Of a stretch of 64,000 nucleotides of DNA, positions 14,845-29,092 are shown piece after piece. Position 1 is the stretch's first letter, and every line of letters begins with the position of its first letter. Under the pieces are notes generated by a model, which was given only the letters and a program-made list of their open reading frames with translations, was not told the DNA's origin and did not search any database. The translations under genes were made by a program, and so were the position numbers. Source of the DNA: Eledone cirrhosa (Eukaryota); the NCBI GenBank assembly GCA_964016885.1, contig OZ024757.1:30752001-30816000 (forward strand). Reading direction: 5' to 3'.

Positions 14845-15640
14845 GTGAAGACTGAGAAACTCATCCTCTCAAAGAAGCCTGTGCAGTGCATTCTACATGT
14901 GAATGGAATTCCACTGAAGCAGCTGGAGAAGTTCAAGTATCTCAGGGCCATGTTCACGAGTGATAGAAGGCAGGAGGCTGAATTAAGTGCAAGAAGTGCA
15001 GGAGCTGGTGCAGTAATGCGCCAGCTTCAGCATTCAGTAATCAGAAGAAGAGAAGTAGGTGTAAAAACCAAACTTGCTATCTTCAATTCGGTATTCATTT
15101 CAACCCTTATTTATGGTCATGAGTTTTGGGTAATGACTGAAAGAATACAATTGTGAATATAAGTAACTGAAATGAGGTTCCTCCGAAGAGTTTTGGAATA
15201 ACATTACTCAATAGAGAGAGTTGTTTAGGAGTAAAATTACTTGGAGATCAGAGAATCACTTCAGGTAGAGCCACTACTTCTCTGAATTAGAGATTACAGC
15301 TCCGATACTATGGGCATGTGGTTAGAATGTCTCAGGAAAGAATCGCTGAACAGATTTGTAGCTCAGACATCAGGGAATCACTCCAGGTAGAGCCGCTATT
15401 TCTCTAAATTGAGAGATCACAGCCCCGATATTACAGGTATGTGGTTAGAAAGAATCACTGAACAAATCACTGAACACCAACTGGCAGGAAAACTAGGGGT
15501 AGATCCCGAGCAAGATGGTTGGATAACATCTTTGAGCTTGGCTGGTTTTGCTTGGGGATCCAGCTGGGTCAATTGGAGATGGCTGCTTCTGACAAGACCT
15601 GCTGGAAGAAGTGTTTGAGGACTCTGTCCCCCATGACCCT
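14845..15640 (+). mobile_element. Decayed RTE-clade LINE 3' fragment
   Basis: 'VNGIPLKQLEKFKYL...KTKLAIFNSVFISTLIYGHEFWVMTERI*...EMRFLRRV...LRYYGHVVRM', with stops and frameshifts. Confidence 0.85.
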
Positions 15641-15669
15641 CCACACTTTGCTAATGCAATAATAATAAT

Positions 15670-16180
15670 AATGTTTCTATTTTTGGCACAAGGCCAACAA
15701 TTACCTCAATACATTACTGGTGCTTTATTTTATCAACCCCGTAAGCATAAAAGGCAAAGTTAACCTGGTGGATTGGGTGCTTTTTGTCGTGACTCCTACA
15801 TGATCACTTAATAATTGTTTCTACTTTTGGCACAAGGCCAGCAATTACCCCAATGTATTACTGGTACTTTATTTTATCGACCCCATAAGGATGAAAGGCA
15901 AAGTTAACCTCGCCGGGATTTGAACTCAGAATGGCAAGGGCCGTAACTCTATGCGTCAAAGCATGGCGTCCGACCCTCTACCGATACTGCCAATCCACCA
16001 CCCTTTGATCACTTAATAATGATAATAATTGTTTCTACTTTAGGCACAAGGCCAGCAATTACCCAGTGCATTACTGGTACTTTATTTTATCGACCCCCGT
16101 AAGGATGAAAGGCAAAGTTAACGTAACTCTATGCTGCAAGGCATGGTGTCCGACTCTCTACTGATACTGCCAATCCACAT
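15670..16180 (-). mobile_element. Tandem cluster of family-1 SINE copies and fragments
   Basis: Repeated 'ggcacaaggccagcaattacccagtgcattactggtactttattttatcgaccccgtaaggatgaaaggcaaagttaacctc', separated by (aat)n tails. Confidence 0.85.
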
Positions 16181-16619
16181 AATAATGATTTCTTTATTAA
16201 CCACAAGGGTTTACATAAAGTAGACATTAAGGACAGTGCAGGACAATACAGGACGGTACAAATGGGCATTTCTGCGTGTAAAAAACAAAAACAGAGGATG
16301 TAACAAAAATAACAATGAAAAATTCCCCAATAGGGGGGAGACTTCGGAGGGACATTTGTGGAGAAAGCCCAGTAAAAGCCCACATAATAATAATAATAAC
16401 AACAATAACAATGAAATGATACATTGTTTGTTTTATATGAAATGAATCAACATTAGTAATATGTTTTGAAGAAATTTATTGTATACATTCATGAGAATGA
16501 AATAACACCACACACATTCACATACACATACACACATATACATACATATATACATGTATATGTCTATATATGTATATATATATACTTATGTCATGATGTA
16601 GGTGGATATATTCATACAT

Positions 16620-18220
<1,601 letters not shown>

Positions 18221-19566
18221 TATGGTAAATGACATTGACGTAAGATATCACACATTGGGATTGAACCAAGAAACTAATGGTTGCGAACCAAATTTCACAA
18301 CCATTCCATCATGCTGTGTTCGTTCACACACATATACACATACAAGCATACGCACAGAGACACATACAGGGTGTCTATAAAGTCTGTATGCAATTTAATA
18401 GCTGTAGCGTTTTACCTACACACAGACTTTCTGGACATCCCCGTATATCAATTTATTGAAAGATGACAAAGGCGACTCTTACAAGACTAGTTCTGTTTCT
18501 TCCTGTTATAAATATATATATACACATATATACACATATATACACACACACATGCACATACATACATACTTACATACATATATACATACATACTTACATA
18601 CATATATACATACATACAGGTACATACATACATACACATACATACATACACATACATACATACATAATAATGTACATGACTAAAATGAAGAGAGATTATT
18701 TTAAAAAATGTTTTGATTTTTTTTTCTTGTTGAAACAATTTTGGAATGTTTGGCTTATGTGTGTTTGGATTAGTGCATGGGGGTCACGGATATGAGCTGC
18801 TTTAGTAATTTTTTGTTGCTTTTTTTTTTTTGGCAGGGGTGGGTGAGTGGGGTATGACATGTACCCTTTTATTTTTCCCAACCATTGAGTGGAATGTTTG
18901 AGGCTTTGAGCAAAAAATGTTTTAAATTCAAAACTACTGCGTGAAATGAAAAATGAAATTTCCAGCTCACACCTGTGTAGGTTTAACTGGCTTCTGATAA
19001 GGTTGTACCTCACAGAAGGTTTCTCAAGTGTTTTTTTTAATAATAGGGGCCTCAAGTGCTGTTGTTACAGCTCACAGCTATGTAGGTTTAACTGGCCTCC
19101 GATAAAGTTGTATCTCATAGGAGGTTTCTTGAGTGATTTTAGTGATAGGGGCCTCTAGTCCCATCACATAAAACACAACATGAAATGAAGTGTCACCAGG
19201 TCCAGGAATTGAACCTTATGCTCTTATGATTGTGAGTCCAATATTCTAACTATGAGGATACGTGCTTTCACAAGCTCCTGAGCAGCAACAATTCTATGTG
19301 CACAGCACCAATACAGCAAATGCATGACCGCGCACCCATGCATTTTAGAGGGGATTTTTGAGGTTCAGAAGTTCAGTGGAGAGTTGTGGGATGGGATTGG
19401 AAGTTAGTTGGAGACATCACAAGATTTTTTTTTTTCCTTTTTTCTTCCTTTTTTTTTTCTTTTTTCCCGAAGGAATATCTTTTGTATTGCAGAGTCATTT
19501 TTCTTCCAGAAAGTTCCGAGAAGATGAAGAATAATATCATAATAGCATAACAGCCGTAGATAAAGT

Positions 19567-19799
19567 CTAGTAGTAGAAAACGTTCCAAAAAATGGCGAAA
19601 ACAGTACATGCTATGTAGATTCCAAGGGCAAGCCACCATATATATTGTTCATGGAGCTTTTGTTCAAAGTTCTTGAGGACGACCAGACCAATTGTGATTC
19701 CAGCCAGGGCGCCCATTAGATGGGCTGTGTATGCAACTGGTGGTAGGGCATCATCTACTGAGTAGCGGTCCCAGATAGCGAAGCCGACATCTGCACTTG
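19567..19799 (-). CDS. Rhomboid protease last coding exon E, with the catalytic His: (A)SADVGFAIWDRYSVDDALPPVAYTAHLMGALAGITIGLVVLKNFEQKLHEQYIWWLALGIYIACTVFAIFWNVFYY*
   Basis: Acceptor ctatctgtttgcag|; 233 nt ending in TAG at 19569-19567. Contains the 'AHxxGxxxG' TM6 motif and a final hydrophobic helix. Confidence 0.96.
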
Positions 19800-20294
19800 C
19801 TGCAAACAGATAGAAAGGAAATAAAGTACATGATGATGATAATGATGGTGGTAATGATGATGATGGTGATGATGATGGTGGTGGGGGTGATGGTGGTGAT
19901 GGTAATGATGGTGGTGATGATGATGGTAATGATGGTGGTGGTGGTGATGATGGTGGTGATGAGATGGTAAGGACAATGGTGGTGATGGTGGTGATGATGA
20001 TGATGATGATGATGGTGGTGGTAGTGATGGTGATGGTCGTGATGATGGTAATGATGATGATGATGCCAGCAATTTTGGGGAGGAGGAGGAGGAGAAAATC
20101 GATTAAATCGACACCAGTGCATTACTGGTACTTTATTTTATCAACAGGATTGAACTCAGAATGCAACGAGCAATAACTCTATGCTGCAAAGCATGGTATC
20201 TGACGCTCTTCCGATTCTGCCAAACCACCGTCCTAATACTAATTAACGATGATGATGGTGATGGTGATGATGATGGTGATGGTGATGGTGATGG

Positions 20295-20325
<31 letters not shown>

Positions 20326-20519
20326 GGTGATGACGACGACGCTGATGATGACGACGACGACGACGACGGTGATGATGATGATGATGATGATGAGAAAGAG
20401 AAAATAATGAGCCAGTTATTGCAAAACAGTGAATAGAAAAATTACTGCCATTGTTATAAATGTCTAGATTGGTTTGATGGGGAGGTTGGGGTGTGTTGTA
20501 TATAGTAACTGTGTCTAGT

Positions 20520-21720
20520 GTGTATATATATATATATACCTATATATATATTTTGTGTGTATATAATGTGTATATATATAATGTGTATATTGTATATATA
20601 TTGTGTGTATATATTGTGTGTATATATATAGTGTGTATATATTGTGTGTGTATATAATGTGTATATATATAATGTGTATATTATATATATATTGTGTGCA
20701 TATATTGTGTATATATAGTGTGTATATATTGTGTATATATATATATAGTGTGTATATATTATGAGTATTGTGTGTATATATAGTGTGTACATATTGTGTA
20801 TATTTTATGTATATGTTGTGTATATATAGTGTGTATATATTGTATATATTTTATGTATATGTTGTGTATATATAGTGTGTATATATTGTATATATTTTAT
20901 GTATATATTGTGTATATATAGTGTGTATATATTGTGTATTGTGTGTATATATTGTGTATGTATTATGTGTATATAGTGTGTATATATTGTGTATATATTA
21001 TGAGTATTGTGTGTATATATTGTGTATATATTATGAGTATTGTGTGTATATATGGTGTATATATTGTGTATATATAGTGTGTATATATTCTGTGTATTGT
21101 GTGTATATATTGTGTATGTATATTATGGGGAAGTTGAGGTGTGTTGTATGTAATAACTGTGTCTAGTGTCTCTCTCTCTCTATATATATAGTGTGTGTAT
21201 ATTGTGTATATATTGTGTATATATATTGTGTGTATATATTGTATATATATTGTGTATATATTGTGTATATATTGTGTATATATTGTATATATATTGTGTG
21301 TATATATTGTGTATATATTGTATATATATTGTGTGTATATATTGTGTATATATTGTGTATATATTGTGTATATATTGTGTATATATTGTATATATATTGT
21401 GTGTATATATTGTGTATATATTGTGTGTATATATTGTATATATATTGTGTGTATATATTGTATATATATTGTGTATATATTGTGTATATATTGTGTGTAT
21501 ATATTGTGTATATATTGTGTATATTTGTGAGTGTATTGTGTGTATATATTGTGTGTGTGTATTGTGTGTATATATTGTGTATATATTGTGTATATATTGT
21601 GTGTATACTGTGTGTATATATTGTGTACATATTGTGTGTATATATTGTGTATATATATTGTGTATATATTGTGTGTATATATTGTGTGTATATATTGTGT
21701 ATATATTGTATATATATTGC
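20520..21720. repeat. tatatattgtg-type microsatellite
   Basis: Direct inspection. Confidence 0.9.
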
Positions 21721-21724
21721 TAAC

Positions 21725-21765
21725 TATCTTCTGATGAAAGACTAGTGTCCGAAACGTTATGACTA
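21725..21765 (+). ncRNA. Minimal hammerhead-like motif, degenerate copy
   Basis: tatctt-CTGATGA-aagactagtgtcc-GAAACGTT-atgact. Related copies at 57049-57089 and 57665-57702 give an apparent consensus of gtctt-CTGATGA-aggac(tagt)gtcc-GAAACGTT-aagact. Confidence 0.55.
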
Positions 21766-21853
21766 CCTTCCTGCTATTTCAAGCAATAAACTAATATATT
21801 TTGTCTATTTATTGTGTCGTTTGTTTTGTTATTTTTTGTTATTCCTGTTTACC

Positions 21854-21944
<91 letters not shown>

Positions 21945-22230
21945 CACACATACATACATGCATATATATATATATATATACACAACAAGAGACAGGTCCC
22001 CTCTTCAGTTGTCTGCTGGGGGTCTTGGACATTTCAACGCATTAAAGACAATATGTCTATCCCCAGTGTATCAATAACTGTTGTAAGTTATTGGGGAAGC
22101 AAAAAAGGAGAGAGAAATATCTATGAGGGCGGTTGAACGGGGTAGAAGCTGCTAAATGTTCGGTCGCCCTCATGTCTCTGCTTTTCAGCCCCATGGATCT
22201 TGTCTATTATATTCCTTTGTTATATTTCGA

Positions 22231-22288
22231 ATACCTGATGATGTCACCGGATTCATACTGAACCCGGTCATTGAAATGATCATAGTAT
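22231..22288 (+). ncRNA. Minimal type I hammerhead-like motif
   Basis: atac-CTGATGA-tgtcaccggattcatactgaacccggtcatt-GAAA-tgatca-TA-gtat. The palindrome TGATCA occupies the stem III position. Confidence 0.62.
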
Positions 22289-22404
22289 AATAAACTTTTT
22301 AAGGAATTACACCAGTCCAGCCTCCTGTTATATTATTATATGTCGCAAGGCTCTGATACCATCAACACCATAAACACAGAGCTGGCATATCTAAGAACTG
22401 ACTA

Positions 22405-22462
22405 ACTACCTGATGAGGACATAGCCATTCAATGGCTATCATCGAAATATATATATAGCAGT
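22405..22462 (+). ncRNA. Minimal type I hammerhead-like motif
   Basis: actac-CTGATGA-ggacatagccat(tca)atggctatcatc-GAAA-(ta)n-gcagt. Confidence 0.58.
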
Positions 22463-22763
22463 AAATAAAGGATTATGAGTTCATGCAATTGACTTATGTT
22501 TCGTCACTATATATACATATATATATATATATAGGAAACGAGTCAGGACCCCGACGGCTGAGATCCGACCATTTCGACCGCTAGATCCGACTAGCTGTTG
22601 AAATGGTCGGAGCTCAGCCATCGGGGTCCTGACTCTTTTCCTATTACCCACTCTACTGCCCTAAATATCGAGTACTCTGGTGCATTATGGTCCACCTGGT
22701 TTCTTACCACACTTTCTTTGTTTAGTTTACATATATGTGTGTGTGTACATATATATATATATA

Positions 22764-22814
<51 letters not shown>

Positions 22815-22829
22815 ACATATATATATATA

Positions 22830-22917
<88 letters not shown>

Positions 22918-23029
22918 TATGCATACATATATATATATTGTACGCTATACTAAATTTCACTGTACTATACTATATTATGCTGTAATGTACTATGCTACAG
23001 TAAAGTATATATAACTATATTATACTTAC

Positions 23030-23084
23030 CAACAATAAATATGGCACCAAGTTTGAATATTCCAAGTTCCATCTGTGGATAATT
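23030..23084 (-). CDS. Rhomboid protease small exon D: NYPQMELGIFKLGAIFIV(A)
   Basis: Acceptor cttatgttctag| and donor G|gtaagt; 55 nt. Phase 0 start and phase 1 end exactly bridge exons C and E. Resembles the rhomboid 'NY..ME.G..RL' segment. Confidence 0.9.
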
Positions 23085-23265
23085 CTAGAACATAAGAAAC
23101 AGAGTTAAACATTTAGAAAATGCAATATGGAGTTTTATGGTTTAATATATAGGAAGGCATGTGGCCTAGTGGTTAGGGTGTTAGTAGGGCCAGCATTGCC
23201 ATCAAAATAAACTAAGCAGCTGATTAGGGCCCAGAGCTTAGAAAGGCACTTCAGTGACCCTCAAA

Positions 23266-23337
<72 letters not shown>

Positions 23338-23789
23338 ACCCGCCACACACACTACACACACATGCCACACACACTACACACACGCCACACACATATATAT
23401 ATATATATATATACATATACTCTTTTGATAGCTGTTCCAGCTATCCGGCTGAGACCATGCTGGAGCACCGCCCTTGAAAAATTAAAATCTTCCTATGTGT
23501 AGACCGCTGGCCAAGATCTTCACCATCTCCAAAACCTACCACAAGGCCACAGAACGTTATTAGTAGGACCAGTGCCACCCTCAAAGGAATCTAGGCAGCT
23601 GATTAGGGCACAGATCTTAGAAAGGGACTTTACTGAACCTCAAACACACACTCACACGCACTCACACACACCCATACACACACACACTCACACACATACA
23701 CACACACTCGCATAGGTACAGGAAAAAAGAGTGCTCTATGTAGGCTACAGAGCTTATTAGTTATGTAATAAACAACATAAGATAATTAT

Positions 23790-23847
23790 TTCATTTACCA
23801 GTGGTTTCTTGAAAGCAGATATATCTGTTTTCAGTCGTCAGAATGAA
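23790..23847 (-). ncRNA. Type I hammerhead ribozyme in the left arm of a palindrome, GUA triplet
   Basis: Reverse complement: ttcatt-CTGACGA-ctgaaaacagatatatctgctttcaa-GAAAC-cactg-GTA-aatgaa. Confidence 0.8.
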
Positions 23848-23909
23848 TAAAAAACATGGTGTTTTAATAAATATGGATTCCATATTTAATAAAAACACCA
23901 TGTTTTTTA

Positions 23910-23965
23910 TTCATTCTGACGACTGAAAACATATATATGCTTTCAAGAAACCACTGGTAAATGAA
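23910..23965 (+). ncRNA. Type I hammerhead ribozyme in the right arm of the same palindrome
   Basis: ttcatt-CTGACGA-ctgaaaacatatatatgctttcaa-GAAAC-cactg-GTA-aatgaa. Confidence 0.78.
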
Positions 23966-24124
23966 ATAATTATCTTATATTGTTTATTACATAACTAATA
24001 AGCTCTGTAGCCTACATAGAGCACTTTTTTTTTCTGTACCTTTCCGACGGAATTACTTCATTTACATATATACTTATATATTATGGAATACTGTTGGCTT
24101 GCTACAATACTTTCTATACCTTTC

Positions 24125-24155
<31 letters not shown>

Positions 24156-24596
24156 CATATATATTATATTTACTTTTCACTTATATATATACATACATAT
24201 ATATACAAGCATGTATGCATACATTCATAACCTTTGCTAGTGGGAGAAAATGGATGTTAAATGATATATATGCCAACATGGAAGAACTGACATTAAATGA
24301 TGATGAAATGATCTGTGTGTTTATACACACATACGCACAAATATGTATGTGTGATATTATTGTGTGTGTGTATGTAAAAAGACACACACACACTCGTTTA
24401 CACAGACACACACATATATACACACACTTGAGTCTACACACATACACATCTAAACACACACACACACACACGTGTCTACACACACACATGTGTCTACACA
24501 CACACACACACGTGTCTACACACACACATGTGTCTACACACACACACACACATACATTTCTACACAGATACACTTACATTTTTACACATATACACG

Positions 24597-24637
<41 letters not shown>

Positions 24638-24899
24638 TTCTACACATATATACACGCCTACACACACACACTCACCAACACACACAGACACACATATACT
24701 CACACACACACACACTCACCAACACACAGACAGACACACGCACATATACACACACATACACACATCCATCCAAACATTGATGTTTAATAGAAAACAATGA
24801 CGTTAACATCAGATTGGCAACTGTGACTTTGATGTCAGAGAAGAACTAACAACAACAACAACTACTACTACTACTCCTACTACTACTATCACCACCACC

Positions 24900-24933
<34 letters not shown>

Positions 24934-25085
24934 TGACCACCACTACCAGTACTACTACTATGACCACCACCACCACCACCAATACTACTACTATGACCAC
25001 CACCACACCACCACCACCACCACTACTTACTACTACTACTACTATGACCACCACCACCACCACTACCAGTACTACTACTATGACC

Positions 25086-25119
<34 letters not shown>

Positions 25120-25768
25120 TTGCTGCTGCTGGAACAGCAACTGTTATTAATAATACTACAACAACAACAATTACTAACAATACAACATCAGCAACAACAA
25201 CTACAGTAACAACATCAACAGCAAATACAAGTACTATTACAGCAACAACAACAACAACAACAACTAGAATTAATTGACTGTCTTTGATGTGAATAATGTT
25301 AATCATTGTGAAGTTGATTGAAGAGAGAGAGAGAGAGTTAAAAAGAGAGGAAACGACATAGGGAGAGGGGCAGGAGAGAGAGAGATAGACAGATATAGAG
25401 AGGGAGGAAGGAAATGGAGACAGATATAGAGAAAGGTAAAGACATAGAGAGAGGGGAGGCAGAGAGAAGGAAAGAGGAGAGGGACATAGAAAGAGGTGAA
25501 GGAGAGAGAGAGAGAGAGAGACAGACATAGTGAGATAGGAAGGAGAGAGAGAGAGAGACGGGTGTATATATATATATATATATATATATAGGAAATAGCC
25601 GTCGAAATGTCCAGAAATAGCCGTCGAAATGTCCAGAAATAGCCGTCGAAACGGCTCGAGCTCTGCCGTTGGGGTCTTGAACATTTTCCTATTACCCACT
25701 CTACTACCCTAAGTATTGAGTACGCTGGTGTGTTATGGTCCATCTGGTTCCTTACCACACTTCCTTCG

Positions 25769-25809
<41 letters not shown>

Positions 25810-25847
25810 ATTAAATAAATGGAAAACTATATTTATAAAACCATATT

Positions 25848-25913
25848 TATTTCATTATATATATTTCGGGGATATCATATTAACAATATGCTATGCCTTC
25901 ATCAGACAAAATA
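25848..25913 (-). ncRNA. Minimal type I hammerhead-like motif with a palindromic loop in place of stem III
   Basis: Reverse complement: tattttgt-CTGATGA-aggcatagcatatt(gtt)aatatgatatcccc-GAAA-tatata-TA-atgaaata. Confidence 0.65.
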
Positions 25914-25989
25914 CAATATAAACAGTTTTATAGACAAATAGGTTCGACATACCGTTATAACACCGACTTCATTTTAAATATAACTTTCC

Positions 25990-26029
<40 letters not shown>

Positions 26030-26274
26030 AGTTAGGAACTCAAAATAGTCTCTTACAACAAAATAGCTCTAAGAAAGAGATATTTCTGAGACGTATATTA
26101 TAATAGAATATAAAAGAGAAGCGAACACAGATATATAGATATATGTGTTCAAATCGTAAGGGACCTGATTGACTAAGGTGAAAAGAATACTAACTATAGA
26201 CAATAGGGTTCGCTTGTCTCAATTTAAGAAAAAATTAAGAAAATAAATACAAACCGGAATTGTGGTAACTACCA

Positions 26275-26349
26275 ATCACCCAGACAACTTGTTGTTTCGC
26301 AAAGTTAATTGTGAATAGAAATACCAACCCAAGCTCATCAGTGGGTGAT
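26275..26349 (-). ncRNA. Type I hammerhead ribozyme, canonical core, GUC triplet; same family as 63832
   Basis: Reverse complement: atcaccca-CTGATGA-gc...gc-GAAAC-aac(aa)gtt-GTC-tgggtgat. Stem I has 8 bp. Confidence 0.85.
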
Positions 26350-26575
26350 GAATTAGTAGCCTAGACACATCTAAGTATGCTATATTTAAAATATAGCATA
26401 CATGGCATCCTAGCGAGTCTCACAAACCGACACCACTAGAAATAGCAGCCAGGTTTACTCGACATTTGAAATAGCTCAACAAATTAACGGAGCCGAATAT
26501 ATATATATTGAGTTAGGAACTAAAAATAGTCTCTTACAACAAAATAGCTCTTATATATATATATATATATATATA

Positions 26576-26641
<66 letters not shown>

Positions 26642-26669
26642 GAAAGAGGAAGGAGGAGAGGCTGATAGA

Positions 26670-26705
<36 letters not shown>

Positions 26706-26790
26706 GAAAGAGGAAGGAGGAGAGCTGATAGAGACATATATATATATATATATATATATGAAGAAAGAGGAAGGAGGAGAGGCTGATAGA

Positions 26791-26854
<64 letters not shown>

Positions 26855-26882
26855 GAAAGAGGAAGGAGGAGAGGCTGATAGA

Positions 26883-26920
<38 letters not shown>

Positions 26921-27185
26921 GAAAGAGGAAGGAGGAGAGGCTGATAGAGACATATATATATATATGAAGAAAGAGGAAGGAGGAGAGGCTGATAGAGACA
27001 TATATATATATATATATATATATATACTGTATATATCATCATCATCGTTTAATGTCCATTTTCCACACTAGCATGGGTTAGACGGCTTGTCCCATTAGAG
27101 GCAAGTTGGGTCAGATGACCATTTCTTGCTCATATAGAACTGTTTCTGGCTAGGATTTTACAGCTGGATGCCCTCCTTCCGAATG

Positions 27186-27235
<50 letters not shown>

Positions 27236-27299
27236 AGAGAGAGGAGGGGGCAGAGTGAAGTTAAGGATCATAGCCTGGGCCTTATCCCAGTTTTATATT

Positions 27300-29092
27300 G
27301 ATGTTAAGTAACTGATAGTACAAGACATCCCCGCCCCCTGGACAGGACACCAGTCCATCACAGAGTTTAACCCCATTTTATTAGCATTAAGCAACTGATA
27401 GTACAAGACATCCCCCTGGATAAGACACCAGTCCATCACAGAGTTTAACCCCATTTTATTAGCATTAAGCAACTGATAGTACAAGACATCCCCCTGGATA
27501 AGACACCAGTCCATCACAGAGTTTAACCCCATTTTATTAGCATTAAGCAACTGATAGTACAAGACATCCCCCTGGATAAGACACCAGTCCATCACAGAGT
27601 TTAACCCCATTTTATTAGCATTAAGCAACTGATAGTACAAGACATCCCCCTGATAAGACACCAGTCCATCACAGAGTTTAACCCCATTTTATTAGCATTA
27701 AGCAACTGATAGTACAAGACATCCCCCTGGATAAGACACCAGTCCATCACAGAGTTTAACCCCATTTTATTAGCATTAAGCAACTGATAGTACAAGACAC
27801 CCCCCTGGATAAGACGCCAGTCCATCACAGAGTTTAACCCCATTTTATTAGCATTAAGCAACTGATAGTACAAGACATCCCCCTGGATAAGACGCCAGTC
27901 CATCACAGAGTTTAACCCCATTTTATTAGCATTAAGCAACTGATAGTACAAGACATCCCCCTGGATAAGACACCAGTCCATCACAGAGTTTAACCCCATT
28001 TTATTAGCATTAAGCAACTGATAGTACAAGACATCCCCCTGGATAAGACACCAGTCCATCACAGAGTTTAACCCCATTTTATTAGCATTAAGCAACTGAT
28101 AGTACAAGACATCCCCCTGGATAAGACACCAGTCCATCACAGAGTTTAACCCCATTTTATTAGCATTAAGCAACTGATAGTACAAGACATCCCCCTGGAT
28201 AAGACACCAGTCCATCACAGAGTTTAACCCCATTTTATTAGCATTAAGCAACTGATAGTACAAGACATCCCCCTGGATAAGACACCAGTCCATCACAGAG
28301 TTTAACCCCATTTTATTAGCATTAAGCAACTGATAGTACAAGACATCCCCCTGGATAAGACACCAGTCCATCACAGAGTTTAACCCCATTTTATTAGCAT
28401 TAAGCAACTGATAGTACAAGACATCCCCGCCCCCTGGATAAGACGCCAGTCCATCACAGAGTTTAACCCCATTTTATTAGCATTAAGCAACTGATAGTAC
28501 AAGACATCCCCCTGGATAAGACGCCAGTCCATCACAGAGTTTAACCCCATTTTATTAGCATTAAGCAACTGATAGTACAAGACATCCCCCTGGATAAGAC
28601 ACCAGTCCATCACAGAGTTTAACCCCATTTTATTAGCATTAAGCAACTGATAGTACAAGACATCCCCCTGGATAAGACACCAGTCCATCACAGAGTTTAA
28701 CCCCATTTTATTAGCATTAAGCAACTGATAGTACAAGACATCCCCCTGGATAAGACACCAGTCCATCACAGAGTTTAACCCCATTTTATTAGCATTAAGC
28801 AACTGATAGTACAAGACATCCCCCTGGATAAGACACCAGTCCATCACAGAGTTTAACCCCATTTTATTAGCATTAAGCAACTGATAGTACAAGACATCCC
28901 CCTGGATAAGACACCAGTCCATCACAGAGTTTAACCCCATTTTATTAGCATTAAGCAACTGATAGTACAAGACATCCCCCTGGATAAGACACCAGTCCAT
29001 CACAGAGTTTAACCCCATTTTATTAGCATTAAGCAACTGATAGTACAAGACATCCCCCTGGATAAGACACCAGTCCATCACAGAGTTTAACT
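27300..29092. repeat. Highly homogeneous 78-bp minisatellite, about 23 copies
   Basis: Unit ccccctggataagacaccagtccatcacagagtttaaccccattttattagcattaagcaactgatagtacaagacat; this explains the 26-aa repeat ORFs. Confidence 0.97.

Noticed and set aside
24809-25699. 296-aa ORF and Thr-rich, mucin-like opposite-strand ORF
   Set aside because: Made of ACT/ACC/ACA and GA repeats plus the edge of a hairpin element, with no coding signature.
27293-29081. ORFs with a perfect 26-aa repeat (DWCLIQGDVLYYQLLNANKMGLNSVM)
   Set aside because: These are translations of an intronic 78-bp minisatellite, broken by indels, with essentially no synonymous variation.
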